Shown one piece after another: positions 20,898 through 29,313 of a stretch of 32,000 nt of DNA (positions are counted from its first letter, which is position 1; each line of letters begins with the position of its first letter). This stretch comes from Nostoc sp. PCC 7120 = FACHB-418. GTDB taxonomy: Bacteria; Cyanobacteriota; Cyanobacteriia; Cyanobacteriales; Nostocaceae. The notes below the pieces were generated by a model. That model was given only the letters and a program-made list of their open reading frames with translations, searched no databases and was not told where the DNA came from. The translations under genes and the position numbers were made by a program. Location: contig NC_003272.1 of assembly GCF_000009705.1 (NCBI RefSeq), positions 180,001-212,000 on the forward strand, in the 5' to 3' direction.

Positions 20898-22460
20898 TTT
20901 CCAATCTTTCCCAATGCGAATTGTTAGGTCAGATTCTAAATCCCCTGTTGATTTAGTTTCTAGCAAACCGAGTCCTAAGATTTTGCGTAAGTCAAAACCA
21001 GCTTGGCGGTTGCCTTTTTGGATAATAATTTGGGTTTGGCGCTGAGTATCAGGCCAATCCGGTACAGTGTAAATATTTTTAAAGCCTTTCTGTTTCAAGT
21101 AAGCAATAACTTTTTCCGTTAGCTGGGGTTGATTGGAAGCATTTTGAATAGCAATTTTGAGCTGAGAAACAGGCCGAGAATCTTGTTTAAGACCTGGCAC
21201 ATCTACCCCAACATAATTGTTTAATAGATTTTGCTGTCCGGTCATATTCAGCCAATAGCTATTTGGGTCTTTACTAAATTTGCTGAATGTACCAGGCAAC
21301 ATGGTCATTTGGAAATTATCCCGCTCTAAATTCACGGCAAAATTCACCAAAGCCATCATTTCTTCTGTCTTCAAATTTGTATCAAAATATTTCCGCATTA
21401 GGCGGGTTAATTGGGGCAATCTGGGTAATACAGTCGGACTATTCAGCCTTTGTAGGATTGCTGCTACTAGTGCTTGTTGTCTCTGAACTCTAGATAAATC
21501 CCCTAATTTTTCCTCCCGGTAACGAGCAAATACTTCTGCCTGTTCACCGTTGAGAGTTTGCCAGCCACTAACTAAACTCACCCTAGAGCGACGGCTGGGG
21601 TCTTGATATTCCATTGCGATGGGTACAAAAACCTCAACGCCACCCAACTGATCGACTAATTGCCGTAAACCACTAGTAGAAATACGGATATAGCGGTCAA
21701 TTCTGGCATTATTTAAAGTCCGGCTGACTACTCTGGCTGCCAACACCGGCCCGCCTTGAGCATTAGCCTCTGATACCTTGGTGAGTCCCTTTTCGGGGAT
21801 CGCAATCATGGTATCCCTGGGAATGGACAGCACCCGTGTAGTTTTACTTTCTGGGTTGAGTCTCACCATCATCATGGTGTCGCTATTGCCAGAGAAACTT
21901 TCTGGTGAGCCATCAACAGCGCCTTTGACTGGCTCAATTCCCATGATGAGAATGTTCATGGGCTTGGATAGCTGATATTGGGATATTTTGCTCCATAATT
22001 CCCCAGGCAATGGCATTTTCTGCTCATTCTGCCCAGAAACGCCCAATTCTTCGTCAGTGCGATCCAAATTGCTCCACAAAGGAGTCCACAGTGCCAAGGT
22101 GGATACTAACAGCCCAGATAGGATTACTCCTAAAACCACTGTCAAAATCCACAATAGCCAACGAGGCATGGTCAAGCCTAAGCGCTCGTACAGTTCATTG
22201 GGTATTGCACCAACAGAATCAACCACGTTACGGGAAACAGTGGCTGAATCTTGTTCAGTTTCTACCTCTATTTCTTGTGCTGATACTGGTTGAGATATTC
22301 CCTGGTTTTCTACCAGTTGTATTTGTGAAGACCCCACCTCTAAATTGAGATCCGGTATTTGTTGAGGCGCGACCTGATTATCTGACCATTGAACCTGTTT
22401 AATCACAATTATCTCCCCACTCAACCACTCCCTAAAATTTATGTTAAAGCAAGCTACCAA
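20895..22460 (-). CDS. conR: LytR-CpsA-Psr (LCP) family cell-envelope protein
   Basis: One TM helix (WLLWILTVVLGVILSGLLV) precedes an LCP domain (NILIMGIE...SDTMMMVRLNP...RVLSIPRDT). The track start is TTG at 22460. A GTG at 22406 preceded by GGGGAGA is more plausible. Symbol is from memory of PCC 7120 all0187. Confidence 0.85.
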   Translation of the reverse strand: MVACFNINFREWLSGEIIVIKQVQWSDNQVAPQQIPDLNLEVGSSQIQLVENQGISQPVSAQEIEVETEQDSATVSRNVVDSVGAIPNELYERLGLTMPRWLLWILTVVLGVILSGLLVSTLALWTPLWSNLDRTDEELGVSGQNEQKMPLPGELWSKISQYQLSKPMNILIMGIEPVKGAVDGSPESFSGNSDTMMMVRLNPESKTTRVLSIPRDTMIAIPEKGLTKVSEANAQGGPVLAARVVSRTLNNARIDRYIRISTSGLRQLVDQLGGVEVFVPIAMEYQDPSRRSRVSLVSGWQTLNGEQAEVFARYREEKLGDLSRVQRQQALVAAILQRLNSPTVLPRLPQLTRLMRKYFDTNLKTEEMMALVNFAVNLERDNFQMTMLPGTFSKFSKDPNSYWLNMTGQQNLLNNYVGVDVPGLKQDSRPVSQLKIAIQNASNQPQLTEKVIAYLKQKGFKNIYTVPDWPDTQRQTQIIIQKGNRQAGFDLRKILGLGLLETKSTGDLESDLTIRIGKDWK

Positions 22461-22522
22461 TCTTGCCAGTGTAAGACCGCACTGTACACTTGAAATGTTC
22501 TACCGTTTGTGTGTATGACAAC

Positions 22523-23587
22523 ATGAGTAGCCCATTGTTCCCAGTAATCCTGGCTGGTGGTAAAGGCGAACGTTTTTGGCCTCTTAGCCGCCAAGATCGA
22601 CCCAAACAATTTTTAAGTCTTGATGGTAGCTCCAGAAGTCTATTGCAATCAACCGCCGAGCGACTGGTTAAGTTCGCAGGCGAGTGGAATGACCTATGGG
22701 TAATCACCTCTAGTCAGTTAGGACAAGGGGTGCAACAACAACTACCCGAATTACCATCGCAAAATTTGTTGACTGAGCCGCAGGGTAGAGACACGGCTGC
22801 GGCCGTTGCTTGGGCCAGTTTGGAAATTCAAAAGCGTTATGGTGATGACGCGATTATAGGCTTTTTTCCCTCCGATCACTGGATAGCTGATCCGGAGGCG
22901 TTTAAACGCACTTTAGATGCTGCTAGCCAATTAGCGACAAGCACAGAGGCAATTGTCACTTTGGGGATCAAACCGACTTTCCCATCAACTGGTTACGGCT
23001 ACATTGAACAAGGAGAAAAAATTGGTACCTTTAATGAGTTGCCAGCTTATCATGTCAATCGCTTTACTGAAAAGCCTATCCGGGAAAAAGCCGAAAGTTT
23101 TCTGTCTACGGGACGATATAGCTGGAATAGCGGTATGTTTGTTTTCCGAGCCGGAGTTGTTCTTAAGGAACTCTATACCTATGCGCCAGAAATCATTGAA
23201 CCACTTGTAAAACATGGGGTTGATGTTTATCCCCAGTTACCTAAACAGAGTATAGACTACGCACTCATGGAAAAGACAAATCTAGTATATGTCTTACCAG
23301 CAGATTTTGGGTGGGATGATTTAGGAGATTGGAATGCGATCGAGCGTTTACTAAAAAAACCTGATAATCCTAATGTAGAACTAGCTACTCATGTGGGTCT
23401 AGATACTCAGGGGGCGATTGTTTATGCGACTAATCCAGAGGATGTAATTGTTACTATTGGTTTAGAGGATGTAGTGATTGTGCGCGATCGCAATGTTACT
23501 CTCATAGTCAATAAGGAACGTACCCAGGAAATCAAACAAATCCTCAAAACCTTACAAAGCGATCCCCGATTTACTGACCTACTCTAA
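22523..23587 (+). CDS. Mannose-1-phosphate guanylyltransferase-like nucleotidyltransferase (no C-terminal PMI/cupin domain)
   Basis: The start is set at ATG 22523 (MSSPLFPVILAGGKGERFWPLSR...PKQFL). The N-terminal NTP-transferase signature and the overall length of about 354 aa fit a GDP-mannose pyrophosphorylase. Confidence 0.85.
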   Translation: MSSPLFPVILAGGKGERFWPLSRQDRPKQFLSLDGSSRSLLQSTAERLVKFAGEWNDLWVITSSQLGQGVQQQLPELPSQNLLTEPQGRDTAAAVAWASLEIQKRYGDDAIIGFFPSDHWIADPEAFKRTLDAASQLATSTEAIVTLGIKPTFPSTGYGYIEQGEKIGTFNELPAYHVNRFTEKPIREKAESFLSTGRYSWNSGMFVFRAGVVLKELYTYAPEIIEPLVKHGVDVYPQLPKQSIDYALMEKTNLVYVLPADFGWDDLGDWNAIERLLKKPDNPNVELATHVGLDTQGAIVYATNPEDVIVTIGLEDVVIVRDRNVTLIVNKERTQEIKQILKTLQSDPRFTDLL

Positions 23588-23608
23588 TTATACTAAGTTG
23601 TAAAAGTT

Positions 23609-23645
23609 AAAACCCTTGGCAGAGGTTGAACTGCGGGGTTTTTAT
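23609..23645 (+). terminator. Rho-independent terminator after the manC-like gene
   Basis: AAAACCC (23609-23615) pairs with GGGTTTT (23636-23642). It encloses an inner GCAG/CTGC stem and is followed by TTTATT. It lies 22 nt after the stop codon. Confidence 0.6.
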
Positions 23646-23658
23646 TATAACTAGCTAT

Positions 23659-23770
23659 GAAGAGGCAGAGGGGTGTAGGGAGGAGGAGAAGGGGAAATCA
23701 TACTGAAATATTCTCCTCCTTGCTCCCTGCTCCCTGCGCCAATTCCCATTCCCCACTCCCAACTCCCCAA
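23659..23770. repeat. Purine-rich / pyrimidine-rich repeat block forming a hairpin upstream of the ABC1 kinase gene
   Basis: AGGAGGAGAA (23681-23690) pairs with TTCTCCTCCT (23710-23719). ctccctgctccctgc (23723-23737) is the reverse complement of the GCAGGGAGCAGGGAG family seen at 3202-3226 and 13347-13370. Confidence 0.7.
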
Positions 23771-23772
23771 CA

Positions 23773-25416
23773 ATGTTCCTCACCCAAACTGTCCCCCGTC
23801 AACGAGAAATTATTGAAGTTGTCCTCCGCAATGGCTGGGATTATATGCGGCGGCTACTTACAGGTGGTAAGGCTGATGAACCCCAACTACCGACACCTGC
23901 GGTTTTAAAGAATATTTTGGTGGACTTAGGGCCGGTTTATGTGAAACTCGGTCAGCTGATGTCTACCCGTCCAGATTTACTCAGTGCGGCTTACATTGAG
24001 GAACTTTCTACACTTCAAGATGAAGTACCACCTGTTCCTTGGATAGATATTGAAATTCTCATCCGCAAACAATTAAAACGCCCTCTGGAAGAAACTTTCA
24101 GTAAAGTTAACCCTATACCTGTGGCGGCGGGATCAATTGCTCAGACTCACCGCGCTACATTGATAGATGGTCGGGAAGTGGCGCTGAAGGTGCAACGACC
24201 GGGGATCGATCTGACTATTGCCCAAGATATTGCTTTAATTCAAGGAATTGCTGATTTGGTGGCGCGTACCGATTTTGGGCAGAACTACGAAATTAAATCA
24301 ATTGCAGAAGAATTTACCAAAGCTTTAGAAGCAGAGTTAGATTTTACACGGGAAGCAGGACATACAGACCTATTGCGCCGTAATTTATCTCGTAGTCGCT
24401 GGTTTGATCCCACACAGCTAGTAGTAGCTGAGATTTACTGGTCTTTAACTACAGAAAAATTAATGGTGATGGAATGGCTAGATGGTGTACCAATACTGTC
24501 AGCAAGCTTGAACAATAATAACGGTAAAGACCCGGTAGCCGAACGTAAAGCAGTGACGACTCTGTTATTTCGGGCTTTCTTTCAGCAGTTATATGTTGAT
24601 GGCTTTTTCCATGCTGATCCCCATCCGGGGAATATCTTTTATCTCAGTGATGGTCGTGTTGCTCTGTTAGATTGTGGCATGGTGGGCAGACTTGATCCCC
24701 GTACTCAGCAGATATTAACAGAAATGTTGTTGGCGATCGTCGATTTAGATGCGGGGCGATGCGCTCAATTAACATTGCAATTGTCAGATTCCGCCCAACC
24801 AGTGATTTTGTCTCGCTTAGAAAGCGATTATGACCGGATGTTGCGGAAGTATTATAACGTTAGTTTGACTGAGATGAATTTTAGTCAAATTTTTTATGAA
24901 ATTTTGCAAATTGCTAGAAATAACAAAATTCGTTTACCCAGCAATATGGGTTTGTATGCCAAGACTATAGCGAATTTGGAAGGGGTGGCACAGACCTTTA
25001 ATCCAGAGGTAAATTTATTTGATGAAATTCAACCATTAATTACAGATTTGTTTCGGCGGCAGTTATTGGGGGATAATCCAGTGCGATCGCTCCTGAGAAC
25101 AGCCTTAGATTTAAAAAGTCTCTCTCTACAATCTCCCCGACAAATCGAACTATTATTAGACCGGGTAACATCAGAAACTCTGCGGTGGAATCTTTCCCTA
25201 CATGGTTTAGATGGTGTGCGCCGCACAATGGACGATGCTGCCAATCGCTTGTCATTCAGTATACTAGTGGGTTCACTGATTATGGGTGCAGCAGTTATAT
25301 CTAATAATGCTCAGACAAGTGAGTTGTCATTTTTGAGTAGTGTCTTGTTTGCAGTGGCGAGTTTGTTGGGATTGTGGCTAATTGTGAGTATATTGCGATC
25401 GGGTCGTTTAAAATAA
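23773..25416 (+). CDS. ABC1/UbiB (ADCK) family atypical protein kinase
   Basis: 547 aa. ABC1 signatures are present: GPVYVKLGQLMSTRPDLL, PVAAGSIAQTHRA...VALKVQRPG, FFHADPHPGNI. There are two C-terminal TM helices. Confidence 0.88.
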   Translation: MFLTQTVPRQREIIEVVLRNGWDYMRRLLTGGKADEPQLPTPAVLKNILVDLGPVYVKLGQLMSTRPDLLSAAYIEELSTLQDEVPPVPWIDIEILIRKQLKRPLEETFSKVNPIPVAAGSIAQTHRATLIDGREVALKVQRPGIDLTIAQDIALIQGIADLVARTDFGQNYEIKSIAEEFTKALEAELDFTREAGHTDLLRRNLSRSRWFDPTQLVVAEIYWSLTTEKLMVMEWLDGVPILSASLNNNNGKDPVAERKAVTTLLFRAFFQQLYVDGFFHADPHPGNIFYLSDGRVALLDCGMVGRLDPRTQQILTEMLLAIVDLDAGRCAQLTLQLSDSAQPVILSRLESDYDRMLRKYYNVSLTEMNFSQIFYEILQIARNNKIRLPSNMGLYAKTIANLEGVAQTFNPEVNLFDEIQPLITDLFRRQLLGDNPVRSLLRTALDLKSLSLQSPRQIELLLDRVTSETLRWNLSLHGLDGVRRTMDDAANRLSFSILVGSLIMGAAVISNNAQTSELSFLSSVLFAVASLLGLWLIVSILRSGRLK

Positions 25417-25430
25417 TTTTTTTTAACGCA

Positions 25431-25543
25431 GCGAAAAGTTCTGTTCGTGTAGCGTCTCCGTCAGGAGAAGGAGGGTTTCCCTTCGTAGGAACGCCACTTG
25501 CTACAAGCCGGGGAACCCGTCCAACGCAGTGGCTGAACTTTTC
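25431..25543. repeat. Small dispersed hairpin repeat, apparently complete copy with short terminal inverted repeats
   Basis: GCGAAAAGTTC (25431-25441) faces GAACTTTTC (25535-25543). The core aacgccacttgctacaagccggggaacccgtccaacgcagtggct (25490-25534) matches the 15712-15802 and 8505-8555 copies. Confidence 0.75.
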
Positions 25544-25638
25544 AAGACAGAGGGGCGCAGAATGTGTCTAAATAATCTCATTTAGTATGAAAAACATTTA
25601 GTATTATTGTTTGCTGCCTCCTAGATTTTTAGAGGTAT

Positions 25639-26619
25639 ATGTCAATCATTATTGCCGAAAATCTCAGTAAATCCTATCCAGTAGCAGTGAAAGAGCCAGG
25701 AATTGGGGGTACAGTTAATCACCTTTTCCGTCGCACCTACCGTTCAATACAGGCTGTTCAGGATGTTTCTTTTGAAATTGCACCCGGTGAAGTAGTTGGG
25801 TTTTTGGGGCCTAATGGTGCTGGTAAAACTACTACACTGAAGATGTTGACAGGCTTGATACATCCTTCTCATGGTGTAGTGAAAGTAGCTGGCCATGTTC
25901 CTTTTCTGCGCCAAGAAGCATTTTTACAAAAAATCACCCTGGTAATGGGACAAAAGCAACAACTTCTGTGGGACTTACCAGCACTGGATTCTTTGAGAAT
26001 TAACGCTGCTGTTTATGACATTTCAGACAAGGAATTTCAGCGTCGGGTAGGGGAATTAACAGAGATGCTGTCCTTGGAAGGTAAGCTGACTCAACCAGTG
26101 CGGAAACTTTCTTTGGGTGAACGCATGAAAGCCGAACTTTTGGCAGCGCTGTTACACCGTCCTCATGTATTGTTTTTAGATGAACCAACGCTAGGTTTAG
26201 ATGTCAACGCTCAAGTTGCGGTACGTGATTTTTTACGCGAGTACAATCAACGTTATCAAGCTACAGTGTTGTTAACCAGTCATTACATGGCTGATATCAC
26301 AGCTTTATGTGAACGGGTGCTGTTGATTCACCAAGGAAAGCTCATGTATGACGGTAGCTTAGATGGACTACTAGAAAGTTTTGCTCCTTACCGAGAAGTT
26401 CGTGTAGAGTTAGCCCAAGCTCTACCTTTAGAAACACTCAAATCTTATGGTGATGTGCAACTTTTAGAAGGGCGCGCGGTATGCTTTATAGTGCAGCAAG
26501 AGGTGCTGACGCGCACAGTATCAAAGATTTTAACAGATTTAGAAGTAATAGATTTAACGGTAACTGAGCCACCTGTTGAGGAAGTGATAGGGCGAGTTTT
26601 TCAGGCGGGAGTTGTTTAA
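25639..26619 (+). CDS. ABC transporter ATP-binding protein (ABC-2 exporter-type partner)
   Basis: 326 aa with AGAGG upstream of the ATG. Walker A is GPNGAGKTT and Walker B is LFLDEPTLGLD. The signature reads LSLGERMK rather than LSGGQ. It is followed after 15 nt by an ABC-2 permease gene. Confidence 0.88.
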   Translation: MSIIIAENLSKSYPVAVKEPGIGGTVNHLFRRTYRSIQAVQDVSFEIAPGEVVGFLGPNGAGKTTTLKMLTGLIHPSHGVVKVAGHVPFLRQEAFLQKITLVMGQKQQLLWDLPALDSLRINAAVYDISDKEFQRRVGELTEMLSLEGKLTQPVRKLSLGERMKAELLAALLHRPHVLFLDEPTLGLDVNAQVAVRDFLREYNQRYQATVLLTSHYMADITALCERVLLIHQGKLMYDGSLDGLLESFAPYREVRVELAQALPLETLKSYGDVQLLEGRAVCFIVQQEVLTRTVSKILTDLEVIDLTVTEPPVEEVIGRVFQAGVV

Positions 26620-26634
26620 ATAATTCAAAAGTGA

Positions 26635-27423
26635 ATGAAAAAAACTATTAGAAAAGCACTGACTCTGCTGACAGTTTACTACGCTTATATGGTGGAGTAT
26701 CGGGCAGAACTAATCCTATGGGTCTTGTCTGGTTCTTTGCCAATTATTCTGATGGGTGCTTGGATAAAGGCGGCGCAAGGTGGAACCTTTGGTTTATCGC
26801 CTGTGGATTTTGCCCGTTACTTTCTCACTGTGTTTGTGGTGAGACAAATATCTATTGTCTGGGTAATTTGGGAGTTTGAAAAAGAAGTAGTAGAAGGTAA
26901 ATTATCGCCTAAATTATTACAGCCATTAGATCCAGTATGGCATCACGTTGCATCCCATCTTTCAGAAAGGGTTGCTCGCATACCTTTTGCAATACTACTG
27001 ATAGGATTATTTTTTCTTCTGTATCCTCAGGCGCTGTGGTTTCCAACTGTCAGTCAATTATTGTTATTTACAGTAGCTGTAACGTTGGCTTTTGTACTGC
27101 GGTTTGTAATTCAATATACCTTTGCCATGTTTGCCTTTTGGACGGAAAGGGCTAATGCTATAGAAAATTTTTGGTTTTTATTTTATTTATTTTTATCAGG
27201 ATTAATTGCACCTTTAGATGTGTTTCCTGAACCAGTCAAAGCAATAGTATTATTTACACCTTTTCCCTATTTAATCAATTTTCCCGCTAGTTTGTTGGTA
27301 GGGCTACCTGTAGATATAGCACGAGGATTTTTGTCACTAGTAGCTTGGATATTCATATTTTGGGTGGCAAATCGTTTGTTGTGGCGTGCAGGATTGAAAA
27401 AATATTCAGGAATGGGAGCGTAA
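26635..27423 (+). CDS. ABC-2 family transporter permease
   Basis: 262 aa with about six hydrophobic helices. It is closely spaced with the upstream ATPase, consistent with translational coupling. The family call rests on context and topology rather than a recognised motif. Confidence 0.75.
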   Translation: MKKTIRKALTLLTVYYAYMVEYRAELILWVLSGSLPIILMGAWIKAAQGGTFGLSPVDFARYFLTVFVVRQISIVWVIWEFEKEVVEGKLSPKLLQPLDPVWHHVASHLSERVARIPFAILLIGLFFLLYPQALWFPTVSQLLLFTVAVTLAFVLRFVIQYTFAMFAFWTERANAIENFWFLFYLFLSGLIAPLDVFPEPVKAIVLFTPFPYLINFPASLLVGLPVDIARGFLSLVAWIFIFWVANRLLWRAGLKKYSGMGA

Positions 27424-27549
27424 ATTTACTATCCAAAATTGCTGTGTTTTTTTTGTCTATTTTATGAGTGAGATTAATTAAAGATTGGTGGTAATATTTG
27501 CTTTATTAGTATTAGATGAATAGAGGCGATCGCCTAAACTTAAACTACA

Positions 27550-29211
27550 TTATAATTTACTAGGTATTGTCTTAAATTTCTCTACAGAACCTAAGGAATA
27601 ATCATTTAATTGAAAATCTCCAAAAGGCTTGCTTTCTAACCTATCTCGCAAAGCTTCATCTATAACTACGGCTTTAGATTGTCTTTTTAAGCCTATAATA
27701 ATTACACTTCTTTGGTATGCAGTTAAATCCCGATTACTTTGACAACTACTGCCTTGAAATTTTCCTAAGTTTAATAATCGATAGTTTTTAACACTTGGGC
27801 TATTTTGAAATATTCTTTTAACTAAATTTTGTAGCTGTTGGGAGCGTTCAAAAGCTTTACGTTGTGCTAATGATAAACTACCTTCACAGGAAGCAGTACC
27901 TACAGAGATAATCTCTTCAGGATTTTCCATAATTTCCTGGATACCTTCTTGTTCTAAACGCAATTTTAAAACATCTAGACTAATTACTCTGTCATTATTT
28001 GTAATCTGAAAATTGCTACCTGAAAGCCATTTATATTCTATTGATAAAACAGCGATATTAAATTTTGCTACTCTTCCTTGACTATCTTTACCTGTTTCAT
28101 AAGGGAAGTAGGCAATCTTGCCTTTTCTCTGTGGTGACTGGCCTGGTGGTGGTAATAAAGTAAATCTTGGATAACCTATCATAAAGGCAACTAAACTCAG
28201 TAATCCAACTGAAACTATGAGGGCTGCACAAAATGCGATTAAAGGTACTTTATTAAAGCTTTTTGTGGGTGATTGTAAAGGCAGATGAGATTTTAGTTGA
28301 GTTTGCTGTTCGCTATAGGGAATTTCGTCCCGATTAACTTGTTGTTTAATATCTCTAAGACGCTGCAAAATTCCCTGGGTATTGGTTGGACGATTTTTTG
28401 ATTCTGGTGCTATTAACCAATCGATGAAATTCAATAAAGATGGTGAAATTTGTTTGGTATGGTTACGCCATTGCAATAAATTTTGATGGACATCATACAT
28501 ATCTAACGGGTGTTTCCCTGTTAATAAAAAGACGAAGGTGCGCCCCAAGCTGAAGAAATCTGATTGTGGTGTAGCTTGTCCACTCATTTGTTCTGGCGCG
28601 CTGTAACCAGATAATAAAGTGGGTGTGGCGGTTCCATTGGGATAAGTCTTAGCTGTACCAAAATGAATTAAAACTAATTTTCCATCAGGTCGGAGCAGGA
28701 TATTTGATGGCTTAATATCTAGGTGCAGGTAGAGTTTACCATGCACTAAATCTAAAATTTCTGCCAACTGTATCAACCAAGTTATGGCTTGTGCTTGGGA
28801 AATCGGCTGATTTTGTTGCTGTTGTAACCACTCCTCCAAGTTTGTCCCCGTAATTTTCTCCATGACAATGCAGTGCAGAATTCCACCATTTCTGGTTTGA
28901 TGCTGAAAATAGCTATCAACTTTAGGAATTCCCGAATGATTTAGCTGTCCTAAGACGACTGCTTCTTGGCGAAATAACTCTACTGCTTTATGGTCGCTGG
29001 AGAGATTGGGTTTGAGTATCTTGAGGATTTTACCTGTGTTTTCTTCATAGGCTTCATAAACTGTGGCGAAGCCGGTTGTATCACTTAATAATTTCTTTAC
29101 CCGATAACGCCCTAGCAATTCCAACTGTGAACCACAACTTTGACAAAAGCGATTTTTGTCATTATGGGGGTGGTTAGAGTTGGGGCAAACTGGATTGATA
29201 CAAAGGCTCAT
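27550..29211 (-). CDS. Zinc-ribbon Ser/Thr-protein-kinase-like membrane protein with degenerate catalytic motifs (probable pseudokinase or atypical kinase)
   Basis: 553 aa with ATG at 29211. The N-terminal C-x2-C...C-x2-C ribbon is CINPVCP...FCQSCGS. The Hanks-type kinase fold has HLDIKPSN, IHFGTAK and SAPE. One TM helix (LIAFCAALIVSVGLLSLVAFMIGY) is followed by about 200 aa of unassigned C-terminal domain. Confidence 0.85.
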   Translation of the reverse strand: MSLCINPVCPNSNHPHNDKNRFCQSCGSQLELLGRYRVKKLLSDTTGFATVYEAYEENTGKILKILKPNLSSDHKAVELFRQEAVVLGQLNHSGIPKVDSYFQHQTRNGGILHCIVMEKITGTNLEEWLQQQQNQPISQAQAITWLIQLAEILDLVHGKLYLHLDIKPSNILLRPDGKLVLIHFGTAKTYPNGTATPTLLSGYSAPEQMSGQATPQSDFFSLGRTFVFLLTGKHPLDMYDVHQNLLQWRNHTKQISPSLLNFIDWLIAPESKNRPTNTQGILQRLRDIKQQVNRDEIPYSEQQTQLKSHLPLQSPTKSFNKVPLIAFCAALIVSVGLLSLVAFMIGYPRFTLLPPPGQSPQRKGKIAYFPYETGKDSQGRVAKFNIAVLSIEYKWLSGSNFQITNNDRVISLDVLKLRLEQEGIQEIMENPEEIISVGTASCEGSLSLAQRKAFERSQQLQNLVKRIFQNSPSVKNYRLLNLGKFQGSSCQSNRDLTAYQRSVIIIGLKRQSKAVVIDEALRDRLESKPFGDFQLNDYSLGSVEKFKTIPSKL

Positions 29212-29313
29212 GATTAAGAAAGTCAGTAGTCGATAGTCAAAAGAGTAAAATGAGCCTTGGCGATGACTGTGGCGTTGCTAGCACGGCTTATTTTATCCTT
29301 CTGTTCCTATCTA

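Noticed and set aside
21280-22707. Plus-strand ORFs of 65-112 aa inside conR, and an 87-aa minus-strand ORF over the manC-like start
   Set aside because: They are antisense or overlapping frames of well-supported genes, with no independent support.
22891-22896. TCCGGA hexamer (the DIF-type motif associated with heterocyst-specific promoters) inside the manC-like gene
   Set aside because: A single palindromic hexamer is expected several times by chance in 32 kb. It is intragenic, and none was found in the flv3B, lox or conR upstream regions, where it would be meaningful.
23657-23908. 83-aa plus-strand ORF starting in the purine-rich repeat block
   Set aside because: It is an Arg/Gly-rich translation of the repeat block and is out of frame with, and overlapping, the well-supported ABC1 kinase start.
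25374-25571. 65-aa plus-strand ORF after the ABC1 kinase gene
   Set aside because: It overlaps the ABC1 kinase 3' end and is otherwise made of the dispersed hairpin repeat.
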